Source: Nemertoderma westbladi (taxonomy: Eukaryota > Animalia > Xenacoelomorpha). Taken from it: a stretch of 64,000 bases of DNA. Shown piece by piece: positions 35,936 to 48,946 of the stretch. Where the stretch lies: NCBI GenBank assembly GCA_032718475.1, contig JAUCBJ010007436.1, positions 15,126 through 79,125 on the forward strand, in the 5' to 3' direction. Position 1 is the first letter of the stretch, and every line of letters starts with the position of its first letter. A program made the position numbers and the translations under genes. Under the pieces are notes generated by a model. That model saw only the letters and a list, made by a program, of their open reading frames with translations. It did no database searches and had not been told where the DNA came from.

Positions 35936-38900
35936 ATGGCAGCTTGTTGTGGCTGCAATGGACGGTCCGGGCGCTGCAAGAAATGTATATGCGTCAGGAA
36001 TAGCTTGCGGTGCTTATCGTGTGCCCCAGGAAGAAACGGTAATTGCGAGAACAGCCAGCACCCTTCCTCTCAACCTCTACCGGATCGCCACGAACGACCA
36101 TCGTTCTCCCAGACGTCAGTCTCACAGCCGCTTAACTCTTGCGCTGCTTTGGAAAGTCCAGCGGACGATACATTGATGGATCAGGACGAAACTATACTGG
36201 GTGGATCCCCGATCGTCCAGGATACTCCGCTAGCTGCCAGTGCGTCAGCATCATTGAACTCTCCAGTTTGGTCTCCGGGCGCAGCACGAGCGAGGGCCAG
36301 TGCCATCATATCTAGAATTCGGAGCCCCGGTACAGGGTCTGCTTTGGGGTCAGCAGTTAAAGACGTTATACTTCAGACCCCGAACTATTCAGATCCCCGA
36401 GCAGTCCAGTCCGTTCCCTCAGCAGTCCAGTCTGGTCCCCCTTCAGTCCAGTCGGGTCCCCCTGCAGTCCAGTCGGTGCGCCCAGCAGTCCAGTCGGGTC
36501 CCCCATCAGTCCAGTCGGGTCCCCCATCAGTCCAGTCGGGTCCCCCATCAGTCCAGTCGGGTCCCCCATCAGTCCAGTTGGGTCCCCCATCAGTCCAGTC
36601 GGTGCGCCCAGCATTCCAGTCGGGTCCCCCATCAGTCCAGTCGGGTCCCCCATATGTCCAGTCCAGTCGGGTCGCCCAGCAGTCCCAGTCGGTTCCCCCA
36701 TCAGTCCAATCGGGTCCCCCAGCAGATCAGTTGGGTCCCCCATCAGACCAGTCGGATCCCTCAGGAGTCCAGTCGGGTCCCCCAGCAGTCCAGTCGGGTC
36801 CCCCTTCAGACCAGTCGGGTCCCTCGGGAGTCCAGTCGGGTCCCCCAGCAGTCCAGTCGGGTCCCCCATCAGACCAGTCGGGTCCCTCAGGAGTCCAGTC
36901 GGGTCCCCCAGCAGTCCAGTCGGGTCCCCCTTCAGACCAGTCGGGTCCCCCATCAGTCCAGTCGGGTCCCCCAGCAGTCCAGTTGGGTCCCCCTTCAGAC
37001 CAGTCGGGTCCCTCAGGAAACCAGTCGGGTCCCCCAGCAGTCCAGTCAGGTCCCCCATCAGACCAGTCGGGTCCCTCAGGAGTCCAGTCGGGTCCCCCAG
37101 CAGTCCAGTCGGGTCCCCCTTCAGACCAGTCGGGTCCTCCTTCAGTCCGGTCGGGTCCCCCAGCAATCCAGCCGGGTCCCCCACCAGTCCAGTTGGCACC
37201 CTCGGCATCGATCGGTCGACCTCTGCCATCCTCCCTGTCCAGTGTTGGACTCACTTCAACAAAGTGTCAGCCCCCTACAGTCGCGGGTCAGTCGTCCATC
37301 CCAACTCACACTGTATCTTGGTGTAATACAACTCTACCAGTCCAGGAGATCTCTAGTTCTGTAGAGAAGGTGTACAACACCATCGTACACTGGAGACCCA
37401 ACCTATTTTTAGTTCCTATGGGCGCTGGAGGTAGAGAGTTGGTCTCCGAGTATACACGGCTGGTTAAACTGTTTACATCAGGATCAGAGTTACAGGAGAT
37501 CGCCCTTTATGCACTGATGTGCATACCAGCGCTCCTGTTACAGAAACCCAGTAGGTCATCCAACGCAGCGACCCACAGGAAGATTCTGGAACGTCGTCTG
37601 TGTGATTGGCGGGCTGGTCGATTCCTACAGCTGTTGGCGGAAGCGAGAGCCATCAAAAAACACCTTCCAACGTCCCGGGTAAAGAAATCAGATACCGAGG
37701 CGCTCCGGAAGGCGTTTGTACGCCACATGCTGACTGGGAACGTGTCAGCGGCCACCCGTTGTCTCTCCGATATCAACAAAGGTAGTCCCATGAAACTGTC
37801 AGACACCTTTGTTGATAAGGACGGGGCTACCCGACGGGTGAGGGACGTTCTGCTGGAGAAACACCCGCCAGCCGCCCCAGCTGACAGTTCAGTGCTCCTG
37901 ACGGAGTGGGATGGAGCGCCAGAACACCATAACGTCGTGTTCGAGCGGCTAGATGGCCCCCTCATCCTATCGAGTCTTCTCCGGATGAGAGGTAACGGTG
38001 CTGGTCCTTCTGGGTTGGATGTCCAGGGGTGGAAGCACATCCTGACCAAGTTCCGTCAACAATCCGTTGACCTATGTGGTGCCATAGCCGACATGGCGAA
38101 ACGGATTAGTCAGGATGTGCTGCCCTCTGGCGTGATGTCGGCACTCCTCTCCTGTCGGCTGTTGGCGCTCGATAAGTGCCCCGGAGTTCGTCCGATCGGC
38201 ATCGGCGAGGTTCTACGGAGGGTTATCGGGAAGGCGGCGATGCGGTGCATCACAGAGGATCTTCAGAGCGTTGGTGGGTCGACTCAGCTGTGTATGGGCC
38301 AGAAAGCTGGCATAGAATATGCCATACACAGTCTGAACGAGACGTTCTCAGAGGACGACTGCGAGGCCGTCCTCCAGATCGATGCCACCAACGCATTCAA
38401 CTCGCTGAACCGCGACGCCGCCATCCATAACATCCGTCACGTCTGTCCCTCCCTTCACACCATCGTAACGAACTGTTACAGCGAACCAACGAGACTGTTT
38501 GTAGGGGGGGAGACTATCTACTCCAGGGAGGGGTCGACCCAGGGGGACCCAGCTGCGATGCCAATGTTCTCTGCTGGGACGCGGCCATTGCTATCGGAGA
38601 TCGCTGCCGCCTGCGTGGTGAACCAGAAATGGTTTGCCGATGACGGCAACGCGGCGGGTGCCCTCCGGGAGCTAAGGAAGATGTGGGACGTGGTGGTAAC
38701 GCGTGGTCCGCTGTACGGGTACTACCCGTCCAAGTGCCACCTGACGGTGAAGTCGGAGAAACTGGCGGAAGCAGAGGAGATATTCGTGGGAACCGGGATC
38801 GTCATCTCCGCGGGGGGGAACAAACTCCTAGGCGGTGTGGTGGGGTCTGCCGAGTACCGCCAGGCCTACATCACCTCCAAGGTCGAGGAGTTCGTCGCAG

Positions 38901-40147
38901 AGGTCGACCGACTCGGCGACATCGCCAGCATCGACCCCCACTGCGCCTACTCTAACCTGGCGCTGGGGTTGTCCTGTCGCTGGCGGTTCCTCGCAAGGGT
39001 GGTCCCGAACGCCGCCCTCCATTTCGATGACCTTGAGGGCGCAGTTCTGCGATGTCTGTGCAAGATTGCCGACCGCCCCTCGATCCCAGACAACGAACGC
39101 CAGCTCCTCTCTCTACCCATAAGGAACGGTGGTTTGGGTATCCCTCTCCCCTCAGACCTCACCAACCAGTTTGCGAACTCCTGCCGGGTCTGCGAACCAC
39201 TAGAGGGGGCGACAGCCGAGACCATGTCAGATGTCAGGGAGGATCAGAACCATATCACTAATCTGATAAAGGCTGAATCCTTCGTGGCGTCTAAGACCAA
39301 AACAACAGAATGTCATGGTCGGCTATCGGAGTCCCAACAGAATCTGAGGGAGCTGGTGTCGGAGAAGGGGGCTTCAGCTTGGTTGAACTCAAAACCGGTC
39401 ACCCTTCACAAAACTCACCTGTCTAAGGAAGAGTTCCGCGACGCTCTGTGTCTGCGCTACGGCTGGCAACCGAAGTCGCTCCCTTCTCGTTGTGTCTGTG
39501 GGGAACGATTTTCCCCTTCACACGTCCTGTCGTGCCCCACCGGGGGTTATCCCTCGATAAGGCACAACGAGATACGCGATTTCGTTGCCGACGCGCTAAC
39601 TGAAGTAGCCCACAACGTCGCAGTAGAGCCAACTCTCCAGCCTCTAACAGGTGAGGAGTTCACCCACAGATCCACCTCCACAGAAGATCAGGCGAGGTTG
39701 GACGTCTCTGTCAGCGGGTTCTGGGGTGGCCGGTTCGAGAAGACTTACTTCGACGTCTCGGTCTACAACCCTCTAGCGGTCACCAACGCAGCCATGACCA
39801 CCGAGGGCGCTTATTCCCACCACGAGGCGCGGAAACGCCTGAAGTACGAGGAGCGCATCCGAGAGGTCGAACTGTCGTCGTTTGTGCCTCTGATACTTTC
39901 AGCCTTTGGTGGTACCGCGCCAGCGATGCAACAGTTCGTTAAGCGTTTATCGCTTAAACTCTCGGATCGTCGCGACCTCAGCTACTCTGAGTGTATCTGC
40001 TGGACGCGGAGGAAGATAAGCTTCGCGCTTCTCCGCTCCAGTTTGATGTGTCTCCGTGGAGCGAGATCCGCCACCAAACGCCCCGTTTATCATCAGGTGT
40101 CCGCAGACTCGATTCGCCTGACTAACGCTGATACCAACACCGGCTAG
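35936..40147 (+). CDS. RT-RLE polyprotein (1403 aa from first ATG)
   Basis: Cys-rich N-terminus; QSGPPSV repeats; VRPIGIGEVLRR, DATNAFN, QGDP, WFADDG RT; C-x-C-x7-H-x3-C knuckle, RHNEIRD, RLDV...FDV...EARKRLKY PD-(D/E)xK nuclease. Confidence 0.92.
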   Translation: MAACCGCNGRSGRCKKCICVRNSLRCLSCAPGRNGNCENSQHPSSQPLPDRHERPSFSQTSVSQPLNSCAALESPADDTLMDQDETILGGSPIVQDTPLAASASASLNSPVWSPGAARARASAIISRIRSPGTGSALGSAVKDVILQTPNYSDPRAVQSVPSAVQSGPPSVQSGPPAVQSVRPAVQSGPPSVQSGPPSVQSGPPSVQSGPPSVQLGPPSVQSVRPAFQSGPPSVQSGPPYVQSSRVAQQSQSVPPSVQSGPPADQLGPPSDQSDPSGVQSGPPAVQSGPPSDQSGPSGVQSGPPAVQSGPPSDQSGPSGVQSGPPAVQSGPPSDQSGPPSVQSGPPAVQLGPPSDQSGPSGNQSGPPAVQSGPPSDQSGPSGVQSGPPAVQSGPPSDQSGPPSVRSGPPAIQPGPPPVQLAPSASIGRPLPSSLSSVGLTSTKCQPPTVAGQSSIPTHTVSWCNTTLPVQEISSSVEKVYNTIVHWRPNLFLVPMGAGGRELVSEYTRLVKLFTSGSELQEIALYALMCIPALLLQKPSRSSNAATHRKILERRLCDWRAGRFLQLLAEARAIKKHLPTSRVKKSDTEALRKAFVRHMLTGNVSAATRCLSDINKGSPMKLSDTFVDKDGATRRVRDVLLEKHPPAAPADSSVLLTEWDGAPEHHNVVFERLDGPLILSSLLRMRGNGAGPSGLDVQGWKHILTKFRQQSVDLCGAIADMAKRISQDVLPSGVMSALLSCRLLALDKCPGVRPIGIGEVLRRVIGKAAMRCITEDLQSVGGSTQLCMGQKAGIEYAIHSLNETFSEDDCEAVLQIDATNAFNSLNRDAAIHNIRHVCPSLHTIVTNCYSEPTRLFVGGETIYSREGSTQGDPAAMPMFSAGTRPLLSEIAAACVVNQKWFADDGNAAGALRELRKMWDVVVTRGPLYGYYPSKCHLTVKSEKLAEAEEIFVGTGIVISAGGNKLLGGVVGSAEYRQAYITSKVEEFVAEVDRLGDIASIDPHCAYSNLALGLSCRWRFLARVVPNAALHFDDLEGAVLRCLCKIADRPSIPDNERQLLSLPIRNGGLGIPLPSDLTNQFANSCRVCEPLEGATAETMSDVREDQNHITNLIKAESFVASKTKTTECHGRLSESQQNLRELVSEKGASAWLNSKPVTLHKTHLSKEEFRDALCLRYGWQPKSLPSRCVCGERFSPSHVLSCPTGGYPSIRHNEIRDFVADALTEVAHNVAVEPTLQPLTGEEFTHRSTSTEDQARLDVSVSGFWGGRFEKTYFDVSVYNPLAVTNAAMTTEGAYSHHEARKRLKYEERIREVELSSFVPLILSAFGGTAPAMQQFVKRLSLKLSDRRDLSYSECICWTRRKISFALLRSSLMCLRGARSATKRPVYHQVSADSIRLTNADTNTG
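36403..37200 (+). repeat. 21-bp coding minisatellite inside the RT-RLE ORF
   Basis: (CAGTCGGGTCCCCCATCAGTC)n encoding QSGPP(S/A)(V/D), in frame throughout. Confidence 0.93.
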
Positions 40148-40333
40148 ACTGACTGTCAGTGGTAGTCATAGGCCTCTAAACAGGCCCTTCTTTCTTTATA
40201 TATAATTTTTTTTATTATCGGTATCGGTGTAGGAATTATTTATTTTGTTCTATTAATAAAGTGCCTGTAAAAGAGTTATGCTGATATTGTGCAAATTATA
40301 TAATAAACTAGTAACTTAAAAAAAAAAAAAAAA

Positions 40334-43300
40334 TGGTATAATAGTAGCGAGCTACTACTGTATTTACCATAATAGTAGCGAGCTACTACTGGTATAATAG
40401 TTGCGAGCTACTACTGGTATAATAGTAGCGAGCTACTACTGTATATACTACTGGTATAATAGTAGCGAGCTACTACTGTATATACTACTGGTATAATAGT
40501 AGCGAGCTACTACTGTATTTACCATAATAGTAGCGAGCTACTACTGGTATAATAGTAGCGAGCTACTACTGTATATACTACTGGTATAATAGTAGCGAGC
40601 TACTACTGGTATAATAGTAGCGAGCTACTAATGTATTTACCATAATAGTAGCGAGCTACTACTGGTATAATAGTAACGAGCTACTACTGGTATAATAGTA
40701 GCGAGCTACTACTGGTATAATAGTAGCGAGCTACTACTGTATTTACCATAATAGTAGCGAGCTACTACTGGTATAATAGTAGCGAGCTACTACTGTATAT
40801 ACTACTGGTATAATAGTAGCGAGCTACTACTGGTATAATAGTAGCGAGCTACTACTGTACTTACCATAATAGTAGCGAGCTACTACTGGTATAATAGTAG
40901 CGAGCTACTACTGGTATAATAGTAGCGAGCTACTACTGGTATAATAGTAGCGACCTACTACTGGTATAATAGTAGCGAGCTACTACTGTATATACTACTG
41001 GTATAATAGTAACGAGCTACTACTGGTATAATAGTAGCGAGCTACTACTGGTATAATAGTAGCGAGCTACTACTGGTATAATAGTAGCGAGCTACTACTG
41101 GTATAATAGTAGCGAGCTACTACTGTATATACTACTGGTATAATAGTAGCGAGCTACTACTGTATATACTACTGGTATAATAGTAGCGAGCTACTACTGG
41201 TATAATAGTAGCGAGCTACTACTGGTATAATAGTAGCGAGCTACTACTGGTATAATAGTAGCGACCTACTACTGGTATAATAGTAGCGAGCTACTACTGT
41301 ATATACTACTGGTATAATAGTAGCGAGCTACTACTGGTATAATAGTAGCGAGCTACTACTGGTATAATAGTAGCGAGCTACTACTGGTATAATAGTAGCG
41401 AGCTACTACTGTATATACTACTGGTATAATAGTAGCGAGCTACTACTGTATTTACCATAATAGTAGCGAGCTACTACTGGTATAATAGTAGCGAGCTACT
41501 ACTGGTATAATAGTAGCGAGCTACTACTGTATATACTACTGGTATAATAGTAGCGAGCTACTACTGGTATAATAGTAGCGAGCTACTACTGTATTTACCA
41601 TAATAGTAGCGAGCTACTACTGGTATAATAGTAGCGAGCTACTACTGGTATAATAGTAGCGAGCTACTACTGTATTTACCATAATAGTAGCGAGCTACTA
41701 CTGTATATACTACTGGTATAATAGTAGCGAGCTACTACTGGTATAATAGTAGCGAGCTACTACTGGTATAATAGTAGCGAGCTACTACTGGTATAATAGT
41801 AGCGAGCTACTACTGTATTTACCATAATAGTAGCGAGCTACTACTGTATATACTACTGGTATAATAGTAGCGAGCTACTACTGGTATAATAGTAGCGAGC
41901 TACTACTGGTATTATAGTAGCGAGCTACTACTGTATATACTACTGGTATAATAGTAGCGAGCTACTACTGGTATAATAGTAGCGAGCTACTACTGGTATA
42001 ATAGTAGCGAGCTACTACTGTATTTACCATAATAGTAGCGAGCTACTACTGTATATACTACTGGTATAATAGTAGCGAGCTACTACTGGTATAATAGTAG
42101 CGAGCTACTACTGGTATAATAGCGAGCTACTACTGTATATACTACTGGTATAATAGTAGCGAGCTACTACTGTATATACTACTGGTATAATAGTAGCGAG
42201 CTACTACTGGTATAATAGTAGCGAGCTACTACTGGTATAATAGTAGCGAGCTACTACTGGTATAATAGTAGCGAGCTACTACTGGTATAATAGTAGCGAG
42301 CTACTACTGGTATAATAGTAGCGAGCTACTACTGTATATACTACTGGTATAATAGTAGCGAGCTACTACTGTATATACTACTGGTATAATAGTAGCGAGC
42401 TACTACTGTATATACTACTGGTATAATAGTAGCGAGCTACTACTGTATATACTACTGGTATAATAGTAGCGAGCTACTACTGTATATACTACTGGTATAA
42501 TAGTAGCGAGCTACTACTGGTATAATAGTAGCGAGCTACTACTGTATATACTTCTGGTATAATAGTAGCGAGCTACTACTGGTATAATAGTAGCGAGCTA
42601 CTACTGGTATAATAGTAGCGAGCTACTACTGGTATAATAGTAGCGAGCTACTACTGGTATAATAGTAGCGAGCTACTACTGTATATACTACTGGTATAAT
42701 AGTAGCGAGCTACTACTGGTATAATAGTAGCGAGCTACTACTGGTATAATAGTAGCGAGCTACTACTGTATATACTACTGGTATAATAGTAGCGAGCTAC
42801 TACTGGTATAATAGTAGCGAGCTACTACTGGTATAATAGTAGCGAGCTACTACTGGTATAATAGTAGCGAGCTACTACTGTATATACTACTGGTATAATA
42901 GTAGCGAGCTACTACTGGTATAATAGTAGCGAGCTACTACTGGTATAATAGTAGCGAGCTACTACTGGTATAATAGTAGCGAGCTACTACTGTATATACT
43001 ACTGGTATAATAGTAGCGAGCTACTACTGGTATAATAGTAGCGAGCTACTACTGGTATAATAGTAGCGAGCTACTACTGTATATACTACTGGTATAATAG
43101 TAGCGAGCTACTACTGGTATAATAGTAGCGAGCTACTACTGGTATAATAGTAGCGAGCTACTACTGTATTTACCATAATAGTAGCGAGCTACTACTGTAT
43201 ATACTACTGGTATAATAGTAGCGAGCTACTACTGGTATAATAGTAGCGAGCTACTACTTGTATAATAGCGAGCTACTACTGTATATACTACTGGTATAAT

Positions 43301-44642
43301 AGTAGCGAGCTACTACTGTATATACTACTGGTATAATAGTAGCGAGCTACTACTGGTATAATAGTAGCGAGCTACTACTGGTATAATAGTAGCGAGCTAC
43401 TACTGGTATAATAGTAGCGAGCTACTACTGGTATAATAGTAGCGAGCTACTACTGGTATAATAGTAGCGAGCTACTACTGTATATACTACTGGTATAATA
43501 GTAGCGAGCTACTACTGTATATACTACTGGTATAATAGTAGCGAGCTACTACTGTATATACTACTGGTATAATAGTAGCGAGCTACTACTGTATATACTA
43601 CTGGTATAATAGTAGCGAGCTACTACTGTATATACTACTGGTATAATAGTAGCGAGCTACTACTGGTATAATAGTAGCGAGCTACTACTGTATATACTTC
43701 TGGTATAATAGTAGCGAGCTACTACTGGTATAATAGTAGCGAGCTACTACTGGTATAATAGTAGCGAGCTACTACTGGTATAATAGTAGCGAGCTACTAC
43801 TGGTATAATAGTAGCGAACTACTACTGTATATACTACTGGTATAATAGTAGCGAGCTACTACTGGTATAATAGTAGCGAGCTACTACTGGTATAATAGTA
43901 GCGAGCTACTACTGTATATACTACTGGTATAATAGTAGCGAGCTACTACTGGTATAATAGTAGCGAGCTACTACTGGTATAATAGTAGCGAGCTACTACT
44001 GGTATAATAGTGGCGAGCTACTACTGTATATACTACTGGTATAATAGTAGCGAGCTACTACTGGTATAATAGTAGCGAGCTACTACTGGTATAATAGTAG
44101 CGAGCTACTACTGGTATAATAGTAGCGAGCTACTACTGGTATAATAGTAGCGAGCTACTACTGGTATAATAGTAGCGAGCTACTACTGTATATACTACTG
44201 GTATAATAGTAGCGAGCTACTACTGGTATAATAGTAGCGAGCTACTACTGGTATAATAGTAGCGAGCTACTACTGTATATACTACTGGACTACTGGTATA
44301 ATAGTAGCGAGCTACTACTGGTATAATAGTAGCGAGCTACTACTGGTATAATAGTAGCGAGCTACTACTGGTATAATAGTAGCGAGCTACTACTGTATAT
44401 ACTACTGGTATAATAGTAGCGAGCTACTACTGGTATAATAGTAGCGAGCTACTACTGGTATAATAGTAGCGAGCTACTACTGTATATACTACTGGTATAA
44501 TAGTAGCGAGCTACTACTGGTATAATAGTAGCGAGCTACTACTGGTATAATAGTAGCGAGCTACTACGGTATATACTACTGGTATAATAGTAGCGAGCTA
44601 CTACTGGTATAATAGTAGCGAGCTACTACTGCATTTACCATA
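40334..44642. repeat. 25-bp palindrome-containing satellite with 31- and 37-bp variants
   Basis: (GGTATAATAGTAGCGAGCTACTACT)n; each unit holds the inverted repeat TAGTAGC-GA-GCTACTA. Confidence 0.98.
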
Positions 44643-44685
44643 GGAAATAAAATTTGCTACAATTTCACATAAATTACTGTTTTAG

Positions 44686-44785
44686 GTACGAAATGCTACC
44701 TTAAATTTATTGAGATTCAGTTGATACCGGATGAACCGCCTATTAAAATAAAACTTGAAATATGGGACGCCGTAACTCAAGAAAG
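44686..44785 (+). CDS. Divergent Rab/Ras-like GTPase, exon 2
   Basis: TTTTAG acceptor; IKIKLEIWDAVTQER (cf. IKLQIWDTAGQER); AG|GTTAG donor. Confidence 0.8.
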
Positions 44786-45252
44786 GTTAGAGAATTCATT
44801 TAATAAATACCTTGTAGAATTAAAATGGTTAGTCACTAGTGAAAACAACATGAGTTGTTGTAACATCTCAAGGTTTCCTTGTCCACACAATCGTAATGTT
44901 TGTAAGTAAAGTGTAGCTATCTAATGACAGGAGTTGACAGCACTAGCACCCGCTATTGTCATTGCACTTAAAATTACAGTCAAATAAGTTATTAAATTAT
45001 ATTTTTTTATTATTATTTTTTATTTATTTAATAAAATTATCTGAAATAATGCTTTCTTAAAATTAATAATCATCAAATTATATAATATATATGTTATGTA
45101 TAATAATTATACTGTATGTGTATTTATTATACATTGTATGTCATATATGTATATGTGCTTTTGGCCCAATTGAAGGTACTGACTAAAAAAGCGTTGTTGC
45201 TACACATTAACAGGTTCCTAGCACCACATTGATTGTTATTATACATTTCCAG

Positions 45253-45452
45253 GTTTCCGCTAATATGTGCTGCTAACTCTTCATCCATGGACGGGATCAT
45301 GCTCGTCTATGACATCACCAACAACGATTCATTCCAGTTTATCTGCGATAACTACTCTTCTCTAGCCAATCACGTGGGGCCACGTTGTAGGATGACGCTA
45401 TTGGGTAATAAATGCGAGAAAGAAAACATGCGAGCTGTTTCTAGGCAACGAG
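45253..45452 (+). CDS. Divergent Rab/Ras-like GTPase, exon 3
   Basis: TTTCCAG acceptor; DGIMLVYDITNNDSF and LLGNKCE...RAVS are Rab-like; G|GTCAG donor. Confidence 0.85.
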
Positions 45453-45572
45453 GTCAGAGAATTTTTTAAATATTTGTGTGAAGGCACCACAAATAGATTG
45501 GTAAAAATAATAATTAAAAATATAAATAAAATGGTAAGTTAAGAAAGCCAATGTGGCAGGTTGTCTTCACCA

Positions 45573-48500
45573 ATGGTGAGGTGGGTGTATGTAACTATGG
45601 TTAGGTGGGTGTATGTAACTATGGTGAGGTGGGTGTATGTAACTATGGTTAGGTGTGTGTATATAGCTATGGTTAGGTGGGTGTATGTAACTATGGTGAG
45701 GTGGATGTATGTAACTATGGTTAGCTGGGTGTATGTAACTATGGTGAGGTGGGTGTATGTAACTATGGTGAGGTGGATGTATGTAACTATGGTTAGGTGG
45801 GTGTATGTAACTATGGTTAGGTGGGTGTATGTAACTATGGTGAGGTGGGTGTATGTAACTATGGTGAGGTGGATGTATGTAACTATGGTTAGGTGGGTGT
45901 ATGTAACTATGGTTAGGTGGGTGTATGTAACTATGGTTAGGTGGGTGTATGTAACTATGGTTAGGTGGGTGTATGTAACTATGGTTTTGTGCGTGTATGT
46001 AACTATGGTGAGGTGGGTGTATGTAACTATGGTTAGGTGGGTGTATATAACTATGGTAGGTGGGTGTATGTAACTATGGTTATGTGGGTGTATGTAACTA
46101 TGGTTAGGTGGGTGTATGTAACTATGGTTTTGTGCGTGTATGTAACTATGGTGAGGTGGGTGTATGTAACTATGGTTAGGTGGGTGTATATAACTATGGT
46201 AGGTGGGTGTATGTAACTATGGTTATGTGGGTGTATGTAACTATGGTTAGGTGGGTGTATGTAACTATGGTTTTGTGCGTGTATGTAACTATGGTGAGGT
46301 GGGTGTATGTAACTATGGTTAGGTGGGTGTATATAACTATGGTAGGTGGGTGTATGTAACTATGGTTATGTGGGTGTATGTAACTATGGTGAGGTGGGTG
46401 TATGTAACTATGGTTTTGTGCGTGTATGTAACTATGGTGAGGTGGGTGTATGTAACTATAGTTAGGTGGGTGTATATAACTATGGTAGGTGGGTGTATGT
46501 AACTATGGTTAGGTGGGTGTATGTAACTATGGTTAGGTGGGTGTATGTAACTATGGTTTTGTGCGTGTATGTAACTATGGTGAGGTGGGTGTATGTAACT
46601 ATGGTAGGTGGGTGTATGTAACTATGGTTAGGTGGGTGTATGTAACTATGGTGAGGTGGGTGTATGTAACTATGGTTAGGTGGGTGTATGTAACTATGGT
46701 GAGGTGGGTGTATGTAACTATGGTTTTGTGCGTGTATGTAACTATGGTGAGGTGGGTGTATGTAACTATGGTAAGGTGGGAGTATTTAACTATGGTTAGG
46801 TGGGTGTATGTAACTATGGTGAGGTGGGTGTATGTAACTATGGTGAGGTGGGTGTATGTAACTATGGTGAGGTGGGTGTATGTAACTATGGTGAGGTGGG
46901 TGTATGTAACTATGGTTTTGTGCGTGTATGTAACTATGGTGAGGTGGGTGTATGTAACTATGGTAAGGTGGGAGTATGTAACTATGGTTAGGTGGGTGTA
47001 TGTAACTATGGCGTGGTGGGTGTATGTAACTATGGTGAGGTGGGTGTATGTAACTATGGTTTTGTGCGTGTATGTAACTATGGTGAGGTGGGTGTATGTA
47101 ACTATGGTTAGGCGGGTGTATGTAACTATGGTGAGGTGGGTGTATGTAACTATAGTGAGGTGGGTGTATGTAACTATGGTTAGGTGCGTGTATGTAACTA
47201 TGGTTAGGTGGGTGTATGTAACTATGGTTTTGTGCGTGTATGTAACTATGGTGAGGTGGGTGTATGTAACTATGGTGAGGTGGGAGTATGTAACTATGGT
47301 TAGGTGGGTCTATGTAACTATGGTTAGGTGGGTGTATGTAACTATGGCGTGGTGGGTGTATGTAACTATGGTGAGGTGGGTGTATGTAACTATGGTTTTG
47401 TGCGTGTATGTAACTATGGTTAGGTGGGTGTATGTAACTATGGTTAGGTGGGTCTATGTAACTATGGTGAGGTGGGTGTATGTAACTATGGTGATGTGGG
47501 TGTATGTAACTATGGTTAGGTGGGTGTATGTAACTATGGTTTTGTGCGTGTATGTAACTATGGTTTTGTGCGTGTATGTAACTATGGTGAGGTGGGTGTA
47601 TGTAACTATGGCGTGGTGGGTGTATGTAACTATGGTTAGGTGGGTGTATGTAACTATGGTGAGGTGGGTGTATGTAACTATGGTTAGGCGGGTGTATGTA
47701 ACTATGGTGAGGTGGGTGTATGTAACTATAGTGAGGTGGGTGTATGTAACTATGGTTAGGTGCGTGTATGTAACTATGGTTAGGTGGGTCTATGTAACTA
47801 TGGTGAGGTGGGTGTATGTAACTATGGTTAGGTGGGTGTATGTAACTATGGTTTTGTGCGTGTATGTAAGTATGGTGAGGTGGGTGTATGTAACTATGGT
47901 AGGTGGGTGTATGTAACTATGGTTAGGTGGGTCTATGTAACTATGGTGAGGTGGGTGTATGTAACTATGGTTTTGTGCGTGTATGTAACTATGGTTAGGT
48001 GGGTCTATGTAACTATGGTGAGGTGGGTGTATGTAACTATGGTGAGGTGGGTGTATGTAACTATGGTTAGGTGGGTGTATGTAACTATGGTTTTGTGCGT
48101 GTATGTAACTATGGTTTTGTGCGTGTATGTAACTATGGTGAGGTGGGTGTATGTAACTATGGTGAGGTGGGAGTATGTAACTATGGTTAGGTGGGTCTAT
48201 GTAACTATGGTGAGGTGGGTGTATGTAACTATGGTTTTGTGCGTGTATGTAACTATGGTGAGGTGGGTGTATGTAACTATGGCGTGGTGGGTGTATGTAA
48301 CTATGGTTAGGTGGGTGTATGTAACTATGGTGAGGTGGGTGTATGTAACTATGGTTAGGCGGGTGTATGTAACTATGGTGAGGTGGGTGTATGTAACTAT
48401 AGTGAGGTGGGTGTATGTAACTATGGTTAGGTGCGTGTATGTAACTATGGTTAGGTGGGTCTATGTAACTATGGTGAGGTGGGTGTATGTAACTATGGTT

Positions 48501-48946
48501 AGGTGGGTGTATGTAACTATGGTTTTGTGCGTGTATGTAACTATGGTGAGGTGGGTGTATGTAACTATGGTAGGTGGGTGTATGTAACTATGGTTAGGTG
48601 GGTCTATGTAACTATGGTGAGGTGGGTGTATGTAACTATGGTTTTGTGCGTGTATGTAACTATGGTTAGGTGGGTCTATGTAACTATGGTGAGGTGGGTG
48701 TATGTAACTATGGTTTTGTGCGTGTATGTAACTATGGTGAGGTGGGTGTATGTAACTATGGCGTGGTGGGTGTATGTAACTATGGTTAGGTGGGTGTATG
48801 TAACTATGGTGCGGTGGGTGTATGTAACTATGGCGTGGTGGGTGTATGTAACTATGGCGTGGTGGGTGTATGTAACTATGGTTAGGTGGGTGTATGTAAC
48901 TATGGTGCGGTGGGTGTATGTAACTATGGCGTGGTGGGTGTATGTA
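45573..48946. repeat. 24-bp G/T-rich minisatellite (~140 copies)
   Basis: (ATGGT(G/T)AGGTGGGTGTATGTAACT)n with recurrent variants. Confidence 0.98.

Larger units (their letters stand above)
35770..40333 (+). mobile_element. CRE-like non-LTR retrotransposon with restriction-like endonuclease (5' end approximate)
   Basis: Single long RT-RLE ORF, AATAAA at 40302, poly(A) 40318-40333; no TSD identified. Confidence 0.85.

Noticed and set aside
36300-37364. Alternative-frame and antisense ORFs (354, 287, 175 aa) in the CRE-like element
   Set aside because: Shadows of the 21-bp coding repeat; they end at its borders.
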